Origin: Vulcanisaeta sp.
Lineage (GTDB): Archaea; Thermoproteota; Thermoprotei; Thermoproteales; Thermocladiaceae
Length of the DNA: 64,000 nucleotides
Direction: 5' to 3'
Assembly (NCBI GenBank): GCA_023256215.1
Contig: JAGDXB010000121.1
Span: 896 to 64,895, forward strand
A program made the translations under genes and the position numbers. Within the stretch, counting starts at the first letter, position 1, and every line of letters begins with the position of its first letter. Below, piece after piece: positions 38,517 to 48,624 of the stretch. The notes beneath the pieces were generated by a model, which had not been told where the DNA came from, made no database searches, and saw nothing but the letters and a program-made list of their open reading frames with translations.

Positions 38517-39056
38517 ATGAGTGAGGACTTAGAGACGTCATTATTCCTAGAATATGCCAGGAGGAGGATCTCCTTTGAGTATGATAATGAGGAGATGGGT
38601 GAGTTAACGATAAAGATCTTGAAAACTTTGATTGAGCGTAATGAGGCTATTCCCGACGAGACGTTAGCGTTAATCCTAGGTACAAGCGCCACTGAGATTA
38701 GGAGGGCTTTACATGTTATGCATAGGATAGGGCTTGTTGGTTTGGTTAGGGAGTCAACGGACCAGTATAGGTATGAGTATAAGTGGTTTTTAAATAAGGA
38801 CTTCATTAGGAAGTTCCTCATACAACACATAAATAATGTTGCCTCAAAACTGATGCATAGAATAAATACATTAAGCACAACAACACTTTACATATGTCCA
38901 ACATGCTTTAGAGGTTACACCCTGGATGAGGCGTACGAGTACGATTTTAAGTGCCCTAGAGATGATACTGAGCTTGTCCAGATCGATGCATCGTCAGAAA
39001 TAACCTTCCTTAGTAACGTTGTTAAGAATTTACGTAGAGAAGAGGAAACTAAGTAA
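38517..39056 (+). CDS. tfe: Transcription factor E (TFIIE-alpha homolog); start at MSEDL preferred over 38445
   Basis: wHTH (DE.LA.......EIRRAL) plus Y.CPTC...Y.LDEA....FKCP zinc ribbon. Confidence 0.88.
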   Translation: MSEDLETSLFLEYARRRISFEYDNEEMGELTIKILKTLIERNEAIPDETLALILGTSATEIRRALHVMHRIGLVGLVRESTDQYRYEYKWFLNKDFIRKFLIQHINNVASKLMHRINTLSTTTLYICPTCFRGYTLDEAYEYDFKCPRDDTELVQIDASSEITFLSNVVKNLRREEETK

Positions 39057-39081
39057 TTTTTAACCTTCGAGGATCTCAATA

Positions 39082-40451
39082 TCAGTACTTACCCTTTGAT
39101 AATACTCTGGCTGCTGTAATGAGTGGGTGCCAGACTGGGGCTGTTGGTGGTGCGTAGGACAGATCGGCAAAGAAGACATCGTCAATGGTGGCTCCCTTCC
39201 CAATCAATGCGGCGGCGGTGTCTATGTAGCCGGCTACCAACCTATCAGGGCCGATTATCTGGACACCCAGTATTCTACCGCTTGATTCGTCCATGGTCAT
39301 CTTAATATTTATTTGAACACCGCCTGGGTAGTAATGGGCGGTTGTCCTGGTCTTAATCGTGGCAGATACCGGTTTGAATCCCTCATCCCTGGCCTGCTTT
39401 TCTGTGAGTCCCGTCCTAGCCACGTATAGGTTAAACACCTTTGTTATTGCCGTACCTAAAACCCCAGGGAACTTGAGAAACCTACCCTTAACGGCATTTG
39501 CGCCAGCCACCTGACCCATTTTATTAGCCGGTGGTGCCAATGCAACGTACATCCTCTTACCAGTTCGTAGTTTGCGGCATGCTTGAACATGTGCCTCCCT
39601 ATTGCGTCGCCACAGGCCCATATGTTTGGCTTGGTTGTCTCCATGTACTCATTGACCCAGACAGCCCCGGTTTCGCCAAGCTTGGCCCCTGCCTTAACCG
39701 CAAGATCAACATCGGGCTTAACACCAACACCCATCACAACCTTATCAACCTCATACTCGCCCTTCTCAGTTATCACCTTATTGACATGGCCATTAACGCC
39801 CTTGAAACCGACGACCTTTTCGTTTAGGTGGAGCTCAACGCCATTCTTCGTTAGTTCATCATGTATTAACTTAGCCATATCCTCATCAAATGTCGTTGGT
39901 AACACGTGGGGCATCATCTCGAATAGAAGAACCTTCTTACCAAGGTTCCTAAGAGCCTCAGCCATCTCAAGACCTATATAGCCACCACCGACCACCGCCA
40001 CAGTATTTGCCTTCTCAACCTCCTCCCTGAGCCTTGGTGCTTCGTGCGGTAATCTAAGCGTTAATATGCCATTTAGGTCATGTCCTTCAACCGGCAGCGT
40101 TATTGGTTTAGCGCCTGTTGCTATTATTAGCACGTCCCATTGATACTTAACCACGTCGTTGCCCTCCCTAACATGGACAACCTGGTTCTTAGTATCTATA
40201 TCGAAAGCCTCAGCATTTATCTTGACCAAAATCCTCCTTTCCCTAGCAAACTCCTCGGGCGTGTATATGGCCAGGTCCTGCGCCTCCTTAACAACACCAC
40301 CAACATAGTATGGTATTCCGCAGGGTGCGTGACTAATGAACAAGCCCTTATCAAGCATTATTATTTCGGCCTCAGGATCAAGCCTCCTAGCCCTGGCAGC
40401 GGCGGATGCGCCTGCGGCACCGCCACCTATTATTACAACCTTCTTACCCAT
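39082..40451 (-). pseudogene. CoA-disulfide reductase/NADH oxidase, frameshifted at about 39565
   Basis: GGGAAG, SHAPC redox Cys and GGGYIG in 39456..40451; TGKRMYVALAPPANKMG and DLSYAPP continue in another frame (39082..39621). Confidence 0.85.
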
Positions 40452-40494
40452 ATGTCTCGGAGGAGAATTTCGTATTAATTAGTTTTTCTTAGAA

Positions 40495-41442
40495 TTAGAG
40501 GTTAAATGAACCACAATCACCATTCAACCTGCTTAATAATTCCGATATCACCCTTCTTGCTATAATTACGTGCCTTTTTCGAGCAGGATAGTTAATAATT
40601 AAATAGTCCCTGGCACTATCTATTGCCTCTGATCTACCGTACTTAATGCATTGAGCCACATAACGACTTAAGTATGGTGTTAAGGACCAAGCTATTAACT
40701 CATGGATAACTCCATCATCTAAAACACTTGGTATTCTCTTCGTCATTTCCATAAACATTGAGGAGACCAGGTATCGCTTATCAAGTAGGTAGTGCAGGAA
40801 CTCATGCACTAGGGTATCAATTACAACACCAATATCATCTGTAGTATAATCATCCTTACCAAGAACATTGATGACCCTAAGCATATCCCATATAGATAGG
40901 GTAATAACTTCCTCATTATTTATAACCATGGTTTTACCAAAAACCGTAGGATTATGACTAAGCAACACCCTAGGTACATCCACATTAAAAACCCTGCTTG
41001 ATATGGATAGTGCCCTAGTCACGATTTGGAAATAATTGCCAGCATACCTTCTAATGGCGTTAATTCCCTGATCAACATAGCAATGGCAGTCCCGGTTACA
41101 TGATATTAATAGTCTCATTATTAATGATGGACCTGCCCTTATAGCAACGATATAGTCATTACCCAACCTACTCAAAACAACATTCCTGTTAATATCAAAA
41201 TACAGCCTAAGTGAGTTCTCCGTATCCTTAGTTATTACGTGTCTCTCCACACTATTAGGATTAGGTGTAAACACGGGATTACTAGACCCAATTAAATCAA
41301 GAACAAGCTCAAGCACAGCCAAGGCAAGCCTAATTCTGGCGTTCTGTCTATTAAATAGTAAACCACGTAACCCAAGGCCGGAAATGAAATCCCTACGTAC
41401 TTTTCCAACGTAATTCCACGTATCGCTTAAATACCATGACAT
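40495..41442 (-). CDS. Hypothetical protein with zincin-like HEXXH motif
   Basis: TLVHEFLH with downstream IHELIA; no family recognised. Confidence 0.6.
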   Translation of the reverse strand: MSWYLSDTWNYVGKVRRDFISGLGLRGLLFNRQNARIRLALAVLELVLDLIGSSNPVFTPNPNSVERHVITKDTENSLRLYFDINRNVVLSRLGNDYIVAIRAGPSLIMRLLISCNRDCHCYVDQGINAIRRYAGNYFQIVTRALSISSRVFNVDVPRVLLSHNPTVFGKTMVINNEEVITLSIWDMLRVINVLGKDDYTTDDIGVVIDTLVHEFLHYLLDKRYLVSSMFMEMTKRIPSVLDDGVIHELIAWSLTPYLSRYVAQCIKYGRSEAIDSARDYLIINYPARKRHVIIARRVISELLSRLNGDCGSFNL

Positions 41443-41552
41443 TTATACCTAACAAATACAGTACTGTTTTATCTTAATTTTAAATGATTCCTTGAGATGC
41501 ATTAATTAATTCTAACATAATACACTTAAAACAAGCCGCAGCATTCCCCTAA

Positions 41553-43085
41553 ATGGCACTACCAATCTATTCAGGAACCAAGCCTCCCTGGGTCACAGAG
41601 CTGGGTGGCGTGGCGTCGGAACACCCAACAGCCAGTAGGTTAGGTGTTGATATACTTAATTTAGGCGGTAATGCGATCGATGCTGCCGTGACAACGTCGC
41701 TAACCCTGGCACTCACACAACCTCATCTAGGTGGTCTTGGTGGTGACTTCTTCGCAATGATATACATAGCCAGAGAGGGCAGGGTTTACTTCCTCAATGC
41801 GAGTGGGTGGGCACCACGAAAATTAAGTAAGGAATTACTAATACAGAAGGGGCTGAACGCGGTACCGATAAGAGGCCCATTGTCGTCCGTAGTTCCCGGC
41901 CTATTAGCAGGTCTTCATGCCCTATGGAGAAGATTTGGAACCAGTGAGTGGAAGTCCCTTGTGAAGCCCGTAGTCGAAACAGCAAGAAGAGGATTTCCTG
42001 CAAGTCCAAGTTTCGTGAAAGCCATAGAACTGCTAAAAAACGATATTGCCAACAACAGGGATTTCAAGTCCGTTTACCCAATAACCGCGAGACCCTGGGA
42101 CTTAATAAGGATAGAACCGCTGACCAAGACGTTCGAACTAATAATGGAGCATGGACCTGAAATATTCTATCGAGGTGAGATCGGAGAGGCACTTGTTAAT
42201 TATACGCAATCGATTGGCGGTGTTATGGAAATAAGTGATTTAATGGAATATGAGCCTGAGTGGCGTGATCCATTAAGTATTGATTATGGGGGTTTAACGA
42301 TCTACGAGTCACCACCCAATACACAGGGGATAACCACACTAATGATATTGAAACTCCTTGAGACAATAAAGGATGCGGGAGGTCCTTGGTCAAGAAGGAG
42401 GATTGAGACCTACCTCAGTGTTTATAGGGTCGCCTATGAGCTTAGGGATAAGTATGTTGGTGATCCAAGGTTTATCGAGGTCCCAATAAGTAAATTACTT
42501 GATATTAATTTCCTAACGTCAGAGTACAGTGCCAGGTCCGGAAGGAAATTAGGCGGCTCTGGGGATACTACGTACTTTGTGGTTGTTGATAGGGATGGAA
42601 ATATCGTAAGTGCCATCCAAAGCCTATATCAGCACTTCGGATCTCTGGTCACCGAACCCACATATGGAATAACATTGAATGATAGGGCGTCCGATTTCTC
42701 GATGGATGGACCTAACGTATTAATGCCGAGAAAGAGACCACTCCATACCCTAAGTACGGTCATAATCACTAAGGACGGCGAAGCAAGATATGCCTTAGGA
42801 ACATCAGGGGCTCACTTTAGACCGCAACAACATACGCTCTTCATAACGAATATGCTTAATTACGGGATGAGCCCTGTGGAGGCGATTGATGCACCAAGGT
42901 TTTTGTGGGATAGGAAGTCGCTAATTATTGAGGAGGGCTTTGATGTGGCCGGTCTGAGCGAACCTTACCAGGTAGTTAGGTATCCAGGCAGGACTGGAGT
43001 TGCAAGTATATTGGCCATACTTAACGATGGAAGAAGACTGCTTCATGCGGATATTAGGGGCGATGGATTAGCCTTAGGGCAGTGA
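41553..43085 (+). CDS. ggt: Gamma-glutamyltransferase family
   Basis: GGNAIDAA, GLGGD.F, PPNTQG, DTTYF nucleophile, KRPLHTL. Confidence 0.93.
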   Translation: MALPIYSGTKPPWVTELGGVASEHPTASRLGVDILNLGGNAIDAAVTTSLTLALTQPHLGGLGGDFFAMIYIAREGRVYFLNASGWAPRKLSKELLIQKGLNAVPIRGPLSSVVPGLLAGLHALWRRFGTSEWKSLVKPVVETARRGFPASPSFVKAIELLKNDIANNRDFKSVYPITARPWDLIRIEPLTKTFELIMEHGPEIFYRGEIGEALVNYTQSIGGVMEISDLMEYEPEWRDPLSIDYGGLTIYESPPNTQGITTLMILKLLETIKDAGGPWSRRRIETYLSVYRVAYELRDKYVGDPRFIEVPISKLLDINFLTSEYSARSGRKLGGSGDTTYFVVVDRDGNIVSAIQSLYQHFGSLVTEPTYGITLNDRASDFSMDGPNVLMPRKRPLHTLSTVIITKDGEARYALGTSGAHFRPQQHTLFITNMLNYGMSPVEAIDAPRFLWDRKSLIIEEGFDVAGLSEPYQVVRYPGRTGVASILAILNDGRRLLHADIRGDGLALGQ

Positions 43086-43163
43086 TTAAAATGTTAATAC
43101 ATAGTAAGTGCCTGTTTTCGTAAGTGGTAATGTTTATAAATAGGATATGCATCCTATCACCGT

Positions 43164-44237
43164 ATGTCGAGTGGTGTATCGAAGACCTTAATCGTCGGAG
43201 TTACCGTAATCGCCGTAATCATAATAGCCACAACGGTTTATTACCTAATGCAAAAACCAAGTGCGTCATCACAGGGTGTTAATAGGGTCATTGTGGTTAA
43301 GGATTATTTGGGCAGGAACATAACATTAATCGGCACCCCGAGCACTATAGGTATTGTGAGCCCCGACTGCGCACAAATAATCTATGCTTTAGGCCTTGGC
43401 GATAAGGTTACACTTATTGACATTTACTCGGAGCAATTGCTAAGCTACTTTAACATTACATTTCCGCAGAACGTAACTATAATAAAGTCAATATACCCAG
43501 CACCACCACTAGAACCAATAATTATGACACACCCGGCATTACTCTGCGCTGATGCCGGCTTTCAGCCTCAGTTAACCAATGACATAGCTACATTAAGTGA
43601 GGCTAACATAACCGTAGTCTTCATCGGCGGTACCGCAAACACGAACATAACTGGCATAGATGATGATGTCATGTTGGTCGCAAAGATGTTCGGTGTTCAG
43701 GATAAAGGTGAGAAGGTTATTAGTAATATGAATACTGTCCTTAATTACGTTAGGAATAAGGTATCCGGTGAGCAGAGGGTTACGGTTGCATATTTGTCCT
43801 GGTATAACCCAATCTATGTGGCTGGTAATTCATCATTCATAGGTTATTACATAGGCATTGCCGGTGGTTACGATCCCTTCAATGGTATGTACCCAACGGT
43901 AACGCCAAGCCAACTTCTGGCAGTCAACCCTGACTATATAATCGCCGATAACTTCATGGGTAATTACACTGCAACTATTGAGGCAATCCTATCGATACCA
44001 GGAATAAATAGTACCAATGCGGTTAGGGAGGGTCATATATACGTACTCGGTAATCTCGCCCAGAGTCTTGTTGAGGAACCAGGCCCACTATCTGTCTACG
44101 GCGCATTGCTCCTGGCAATAATACTGCACCCAAGCGCCTTTGGACTTAATTCTACGGAGGTACCACATTATATTAGCGCACAATGGGTTATGCAATACGT
44201 TAAGCCTAACCTAAATATTACGTTGAGTAATGGGTGA
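43164..44237 (+). CDS. ABC transporter substrate-binding protein (cobalamin/iron-siderophore class, BtuF-like)
   Basis: N-terminal anchor; D.LGR.I; G..SFI; NPD.II; AVREG; PGP. Confidence 0.85.
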   Translation: MSSGVSKTLIVGVTVIAVIIIATTVYYLMQKPSASSQGVNRVIVVKDYLGRNITLIGTPSTIGIVSPDCAQIIYALGLGDKVTLIDIYSEQLLSYFNITFPQNVTIIKSIYPAPPLEPIIMTHPALLCADAGFQPQLTNDIATLSEANITVVFIGGTANTNITGIDDDVMLVAKMFGVQDKGEKVISNMNTVLNYVRNKVSGEQRVTVAYLSWYNPIYVAGNSSFIGYYIGIAGGYDPFNGMYPTVTPSQLLAVNPDYIIADNFMGNYTATIEAILSIPGINSTNAVREGHIYVLGNLAQSLVEEPGPLSVYGALLLAIILHPSAFGLNSTEVPHYISAQWVMQYVKPNLNITLSNG

Positions 44238-44258
44238 GTACAAACGACCTGGCGAACC

Positions 44259-45236
44259 TTGTTAAAATTCCTCTGGATCTTCATACCACTCCTTATCCTA
44301 GGTATCCTGCTTAACATTGTTGTGGGGGAGGTTATTGTACCATTGGGTATGGTTTTTGATCCAGCACAGACCTATAGGGTTATAATACTGGATATAAGGC
44401 TACCCGAGGTAATTGCCTGCATAATAGTTGGTGCTAATCTTGCTGTTTCTGGCGCGGTAATGCAGTCAGTATTTAGGAATCCACTTGCTGAGCCCTACAT
44501 AACAGGCACGGCATCGGGCGCACTATTAGGCGCATTGATTGGTCTGTTCATTAACGTGGTGCTTAGGTTGGGTTCGCTCTCGTCAATGATAATTTTACCG
44601 ATTCTCTCATTCGTTGGTGCCATGTTCTCCATAGCCGTTGTCGTGATGTTTGGTAGAGGTGGTTGGTTATCGCTTGTGCTGGCTGGCATTGCGGTCTCTA
44701 TAATGCTTTCCTCAGCGGTCATGATACTCGACACATACCTACTCACAATACTACCCACGTTGCCTGCCGTGGTTTACCTACTATTTGGTACCGTAAGTGG
44801 TGTTAATTGGAGTGAGGACTTAGTAATGCTGTGTGTAAGCTTGCCCGTTATCGCGTATTTACTAAGTAGTTCACGCGAGATAAACCTAATAATGATGAGC
44901 GACGAGGTGGCTCAGGCCAGTGGCGTGAATCCCGGGCAGACTAGGAACGTGTTAATAACACTAACTGGCCTACTCACTGCCGTATCTGTATCATTCACTG
45001 GGATAATTGGTTTTGTCGGGTTGGTGACGCCTCACATCACCCGCCTATTAATATCGAGCTCTGACAATTCTAAAGTAATGCCGTTATCCATAATCTCTGG
45101 TTCAACAATAATGCTCTACGCAAACATCATCAGTAAGGTCCTGGTGCCGGGTGTTGTAATGCCGATAACCGCAATAACAAGTCTCTTTGGCGTCCCTATA
45201 CTATTAATACTGCTTAGGGGTGGTCGTAATGAGTAA
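44259..45236 (+). CDS. FecCD/BtuC-family ABC permease
   Basis: IRLP, Q..FRNPLAEP..G..SGA, G.IGFVGL..PH. Confidence 0.92.
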   Translation: MLKFLWIFIPLLILGILLNIVVGEVIVPLGMVFDPAQTYRVIILDIRLPEVIACIIVGANLAVSGAVMQSVFRNPLAEPYITGTASGALLGALIGLFINVVLRLGSLSSMIILPILSFVGAMFSIAVVVMFGRGGWLSLVLAGIAVSIMLSSAVMILDTYLLTILPTLPAVVYLLFGTVSGVNWSEDLVMLCVSLPVIAYLLSSSREINLIMMSDEVAQASGVNPGQTRNVLITLTGLLTAVSVSFTGIIGFVGLVTPHITRLLISSSDNSKVMPLSIISGSTIMLYANIISKVLVPGVVMPITAITSLFGVPILLILLRGGRNE

Positions 45237-46002
45237 TTATATTGTTAGGTTCGTGAATGCCAGGATTGGTTATGACGAACCTATAATTAAGGACTTAACC
45301 CTATCCATACCAAGACCAAGCCTCACAACAATACTGGGCCCTAACGGCTCTGGAAAAACCACATTGCTCAGGGCAGTCATTAAGTATGCCAAGATCTTTG
45401 GTGGTTATGTATATATTGATGGTAAGAATCTAAATGAGGTACCAGTAAGTAATTTACCTAAATACGTATCGTACTCACCAACCGAGATTTATTCCCAGTT
45501 ATCCTTAACGGTCCTTGACGTAGTCATGAGCGCTAGGAATGGTGGTGGTTGGGTTAGCGAGGATGAGGCTATGAGGGCTCTTAAGTACCTTGGTATTGAT
45601 GAACTTGCCTACAGGAATTTTGACGAATTAAGTACGGGGCAGAAGAGGTTAGTTCTCATCGCTAGGGCTTTGGCATCAAAGGCCCCATTATTACTTTTGG
45701 ATGAGCCAACATCAAACCTAGATCTTGGCAATAAGTATAGGGTTATCTCGATATTAAGGAGGATCGTTAAGGATAGAGAGGTTACTGTGGTAACCGCGGG
45801 GCACGATATTGACCTAGCCATGCACAGTGATTGGGTTATTGCCATTAAGAACGGCGAACTGCTTGCCATGGGCACTCCAAGCGACATTATTAATGACAAG
45901 GTCCTTAGCGAGCTCTATGATATTAAGATAGAGGTGTTTGATGTCGGCGGACGCAGGTTTATTTACATACATGGCAATATAGATTTTACTAATGATGAGT
46001 AA
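45220..46002 (+). CDS. ABC transporter ATP-binding protein (BtuD/FepC-like)
   Basis: GPNGSGKTT, LSTGQ, LDEPT. Confidence 0.93.
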   Translation: MVVMSNYIVRFVNARIGYDEPIIKDLTLSIPRPSLTTILGPNGSGKTTLLRAVIKYAKIFGGYVYIDGKNLNEVPVSNLPKYVSYSPTEIYSQLSLTVLDVVMSARNGGGWVSEDEAMRALKYLGIDELAYRNFDELSTGQKRLVLIARALASKAPLLLLDEPTSNLDLGNKYRVISILRRIVKDREVTVVTAGHDIDLAMHSDWVIAIKNGELLAMGTPSDIINDKVLSELYDIKIEVFDVGGRRFIYIHGNIDFTNDE

Positions 46003-46086
46003 AGTAATGAGGCACTAACCGACTTTTATCACTTTATCTGTATACTAAGAAAAATTTATTTATACCGTACTTACCTACAGGTCGCC

Positions 46087-47928
46087 ATGTTTGGCTGGGG
46101 CGGTAATGTGCTAAGGATTGATTTATCGAGAAGGAAGTATGTCGTTCAGTCCCTAGATCCATCGCTTGCACAGAACTTCATTGGTGGTAGGGGTTTTGCG
46201 ATAAAGACTTTGTGGGATGAATTACCGCCAGGTACGGATCCACTGAGCCCGTTTAATAAGTTAATATTGGCGGTAGGTCCATTAACGGCCCTACCAATAC
46301 CAAATAGTGGAAAGTTATTGGTGGCCGCTAAGAGCCCATTGACTGGCGGTTATGGCGATGGTAATATAGGTACGTGGCTCGCAGTACACATGAGGAAGGC
46401 TGGTGTTGATATGATAGTTATTGAGGGTAAGGCCGAGAAACCCACGTATTTATTTATTGAGAATAAGGGTGGGGAATTCAAGGTTGACTTTAATGATGCA
46501 AGCGATTTATGGGGTCTTGATACCTTCACGACTGAGGACAGATTGAAGAAGGTGCACGGTAGCGACGTTGGTATGGTAATGATAGGACCAGCTGGAGAGA
46601 AACTCGTGAGATTCGCAACAATAGTTGCCCAGAAGGGTCGCAGTGGTGGCAGACCTGGCATAGGGGCTGTCATGGGTAGTAAGAACCTTAAGGCTGTGGT
46701 GATGAGAGGTCATGGCGATATCAAAGTCGCCGACCCAGTACTTAGAAAAATTGGTGTTGATGCAATAGTGGCGACGAAATCAAAGCCCAATTACCCATTC
46801 TGGATGAGGCAGGGAACAACATCAACCGTGGAATGGGCTCAGGAGGCGAGCGTATTACCTACGTATAATTACAGTGAGGGTCAGTTTGACTACTATGAGA
46901 ATATAGGCGGCTTTTCGGTAGAGAGGAACAAGGTCATGACCAGGTCCTGCCCGCAGTGCGTTATGGCTTGTGGTCATGTTGTTAAGGATTCCGAGGGTGA
47001 GCTGGCTGAGTTAGATTATGAGAATATTGCAATGCTGGGCAGTAATCTCGGTATAGGTGACTTGGCTAAGGTGGCTCACCTTAATAGGATCGCGGATATG
47101 ATGGGTATGGACACGATAAGCCTTGGATCTACGTTAGGCTTTGCGATGGAGGCGACGGAGAAGAAATTGCTTAAGGATGGTATTGAGTGGGGTGATTATA
47201 AGAGGGCTGCTGAGGTTGCTATGGACATAGCGCTGCAGAGGACGGAATTAGGTAAATTACTTGGTAAGGGTGTTAGGGCCGCGTCCATGGAGTTGGGTCA
47301 GGAGGCTGTGGAGTTTGCGATGCATGTTAAGGGGCTCGAAATAAGTGCGTATGATTGCCATGCGGCGCCTGGCATGGCTCTGGCATTTGCAACAAGCCCG
47401 ATTGGCGCTCATCACAAGGATGCTTGGTTAATATCCTGGGAGGTTCAGAGGGGTAGGTTTGACTATACCAAGGATAAGGTCGAGAAGCTTGTGGAAATGC
47501 AGAACATAAGGGGTGGTCTATTCGAAACAATAGTGACCTGCAGGTTCCCCTGGGTCGAGGTCGGCCTCGAACTTGATTGGTACTTTAGGTTGTTTAAGGC
47601 CGCCACGGGGATGGACATGAACATGGATATACTAAGTACTATAAATAATAGGATTTATACACTAATTAGGGCTTTCTGGATTAGGGAGTACGGTCATTGG
47701 GATAGGGCGTACGACACACCACCACCTAAGTGGTTCAAGAGGCCTTTAACGAAGGGCCCACTTAAGGGCGCTAAGCTTGATTATGATGGTTACTATAGAA
47801 TGCTTGGTTGGTATTACGAGCTGAGGGGCTGGGATGAGAGGGGTATACCGAGGATTAGTACGCTTAAGAATCTTGGTCTTGACTTTGCCTTACCGCAATT
47901 ACAATCCGTGGTTGAGCTTAAGCCTTGA
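46087..47928 (+). CDS. aor: Tungsten aldehyde:ferredoxin oxidoreductase family
   Basis: KSPLTG, IGPAGE, GR.G.GAVMGSKNLKA, C..C...C, DYE, G.DTIS, RGWD..G.P. Confidence 0.93.
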   Translation: MFGWGGNVLRIDLSRRKYVVQSLDPSLAQNFIGGRGFAIKTLWDELPPGTDPLSPFNKLILAVGPLTALPIPNSGKLLVAAKSPLTGGYGDGNIGTWLAVHMRKAGVDMIVIEGKAEKPTYLFIENKGGEFKVDFNDASDLWGLDTFTTEDRLKKVHGSDVGMVMIGPAGEKLVRFATIVAQKGRSGGRPGIGAVMGSKNLKAVVMRGHGDIKVADPVLRKIGVDAIVATKSKPNYPFWMRQGTTSTVEWAQEASVLPTYNYSEGQFDYYENIGGFSVERNKVMTRSCPQCVMACGHVVKDSEGELAELDYENIAMLGSNLGIGDLAKVAHLNRIADMMGMDTISLGSTLGFAMEATEKKLLKDGIEWGDYKRAAEVAMDIALQRTELGKLLGKGVRAASMELGQEAVEFAMHVKGLEISAYDCHAAPGMALAFATSPIGAHHKDAWLISWEVQRGRFDYTKDKVEKLVEMQNIRGGLFETIVTCRFPWVEVGLELDWYFRLFKAATGMDMNMDILSTINNRIYTLIRAFWIREYGHWDRAYDTPPPKWFKRPLTKGPLKGAKLDYDGYYRMLGWYYELRGWDERGIPRISTLKNLGLDFALPQLQSVVELKP

Positions 47929-47976
47929 TTAATGAAATGAAGATTTAAAATAGAGAGCATAGGTGGTTTAGTAATA

Positions 47977-48585
47977 ATGAGTGACAGTTGTCGTTTACCG
48001 TTATTCTCGGATTGTAAGGAGGTTGATGACTCAATAAAGTGTCCTGGCGATGGTGGTTATAGCGTAATACCTCTCTTTGGCAAGAGGGTTAGGGTTAGGA
48101 AGGACTCAGCGCCAATACAATTGATGGGATGCCTTGACGAATTAGTTAATATATCAAACAATGTGAGACTCAATTTTAAGGGCAACACCGTCAGTAAATT
48201 GGCCTCTATAGTTATGGCATTATCAATGCAGATAAATGCGTACCTGGTGCAGGGTACTGATGAGCGACTAGTTAAGGTTAGGGGCGTTGAGAATTCCTTG
48301 TTGGACGAGATTACTGAGTTGTGTAGAGGATTTAAGGGACCATTGGGTTGGGTTATTGCTGAGACTCCGGAATTACAATCACTTGATTCAATTAGGGTTA
48401 AGCTTAGGGAGTGCGGTAGGATTGCATCATCGATGCTTGATGATTATCCACTATCAATTAACATAATCAGTGTTTTAAACCATGCCGATAAATTAGTGGC
48501 ACAAGCCATATACTGCCTTGGTGGTCGTGTATTTAAGTCCGTTGATGATGTTGTGAATTATTTACTAACTGGCTTGGGGAGATAA
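47977..48585 (+). CDS. PduO-type ATP:cob(I)alamin adenosyltransferase-like protein
   Basis: GDGGYS...RV.KDS......G.LDEL; R...RE..R; LN..D; next to the mutase genes. Confidence 0.7.
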   Translation: MSDSCRLPLFSDCKEVDDSIKCPGDGGYSVIPLFGKRVRVRKDSAPIQLMGCLDELVNISNNVRLNFKGNTVSKLASIVMALSMQINAYLVQGTDERLVKVRGVENSLLDEITELCRGFKGPLGWVIAETPELQSLDSIRVKLRECGRIASSMLDDYPLSINIISVLNHADKLVAQAIYCLGGRVFKSVDDVVNYLLTGLGR

Positions 48586-48624
48586 GGACAGATTTATTAG
48601 TTAATAATTATTTGTAAATTATTA

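Noticed and set aside
39456-39621. Programmed frameshift joining the two CoADR ORFs
   Set aside because: No slippery heptamer at the junction, and the junction carries extra sequence from a different enzyme family
43086-43163. Cobalamin riboswitch upstream of the Btu-like operon
   Set aside because: The spacer is only about 78 bp with the TATA about 25-30 nt from the ATG; no room for one and no B12-box sequence
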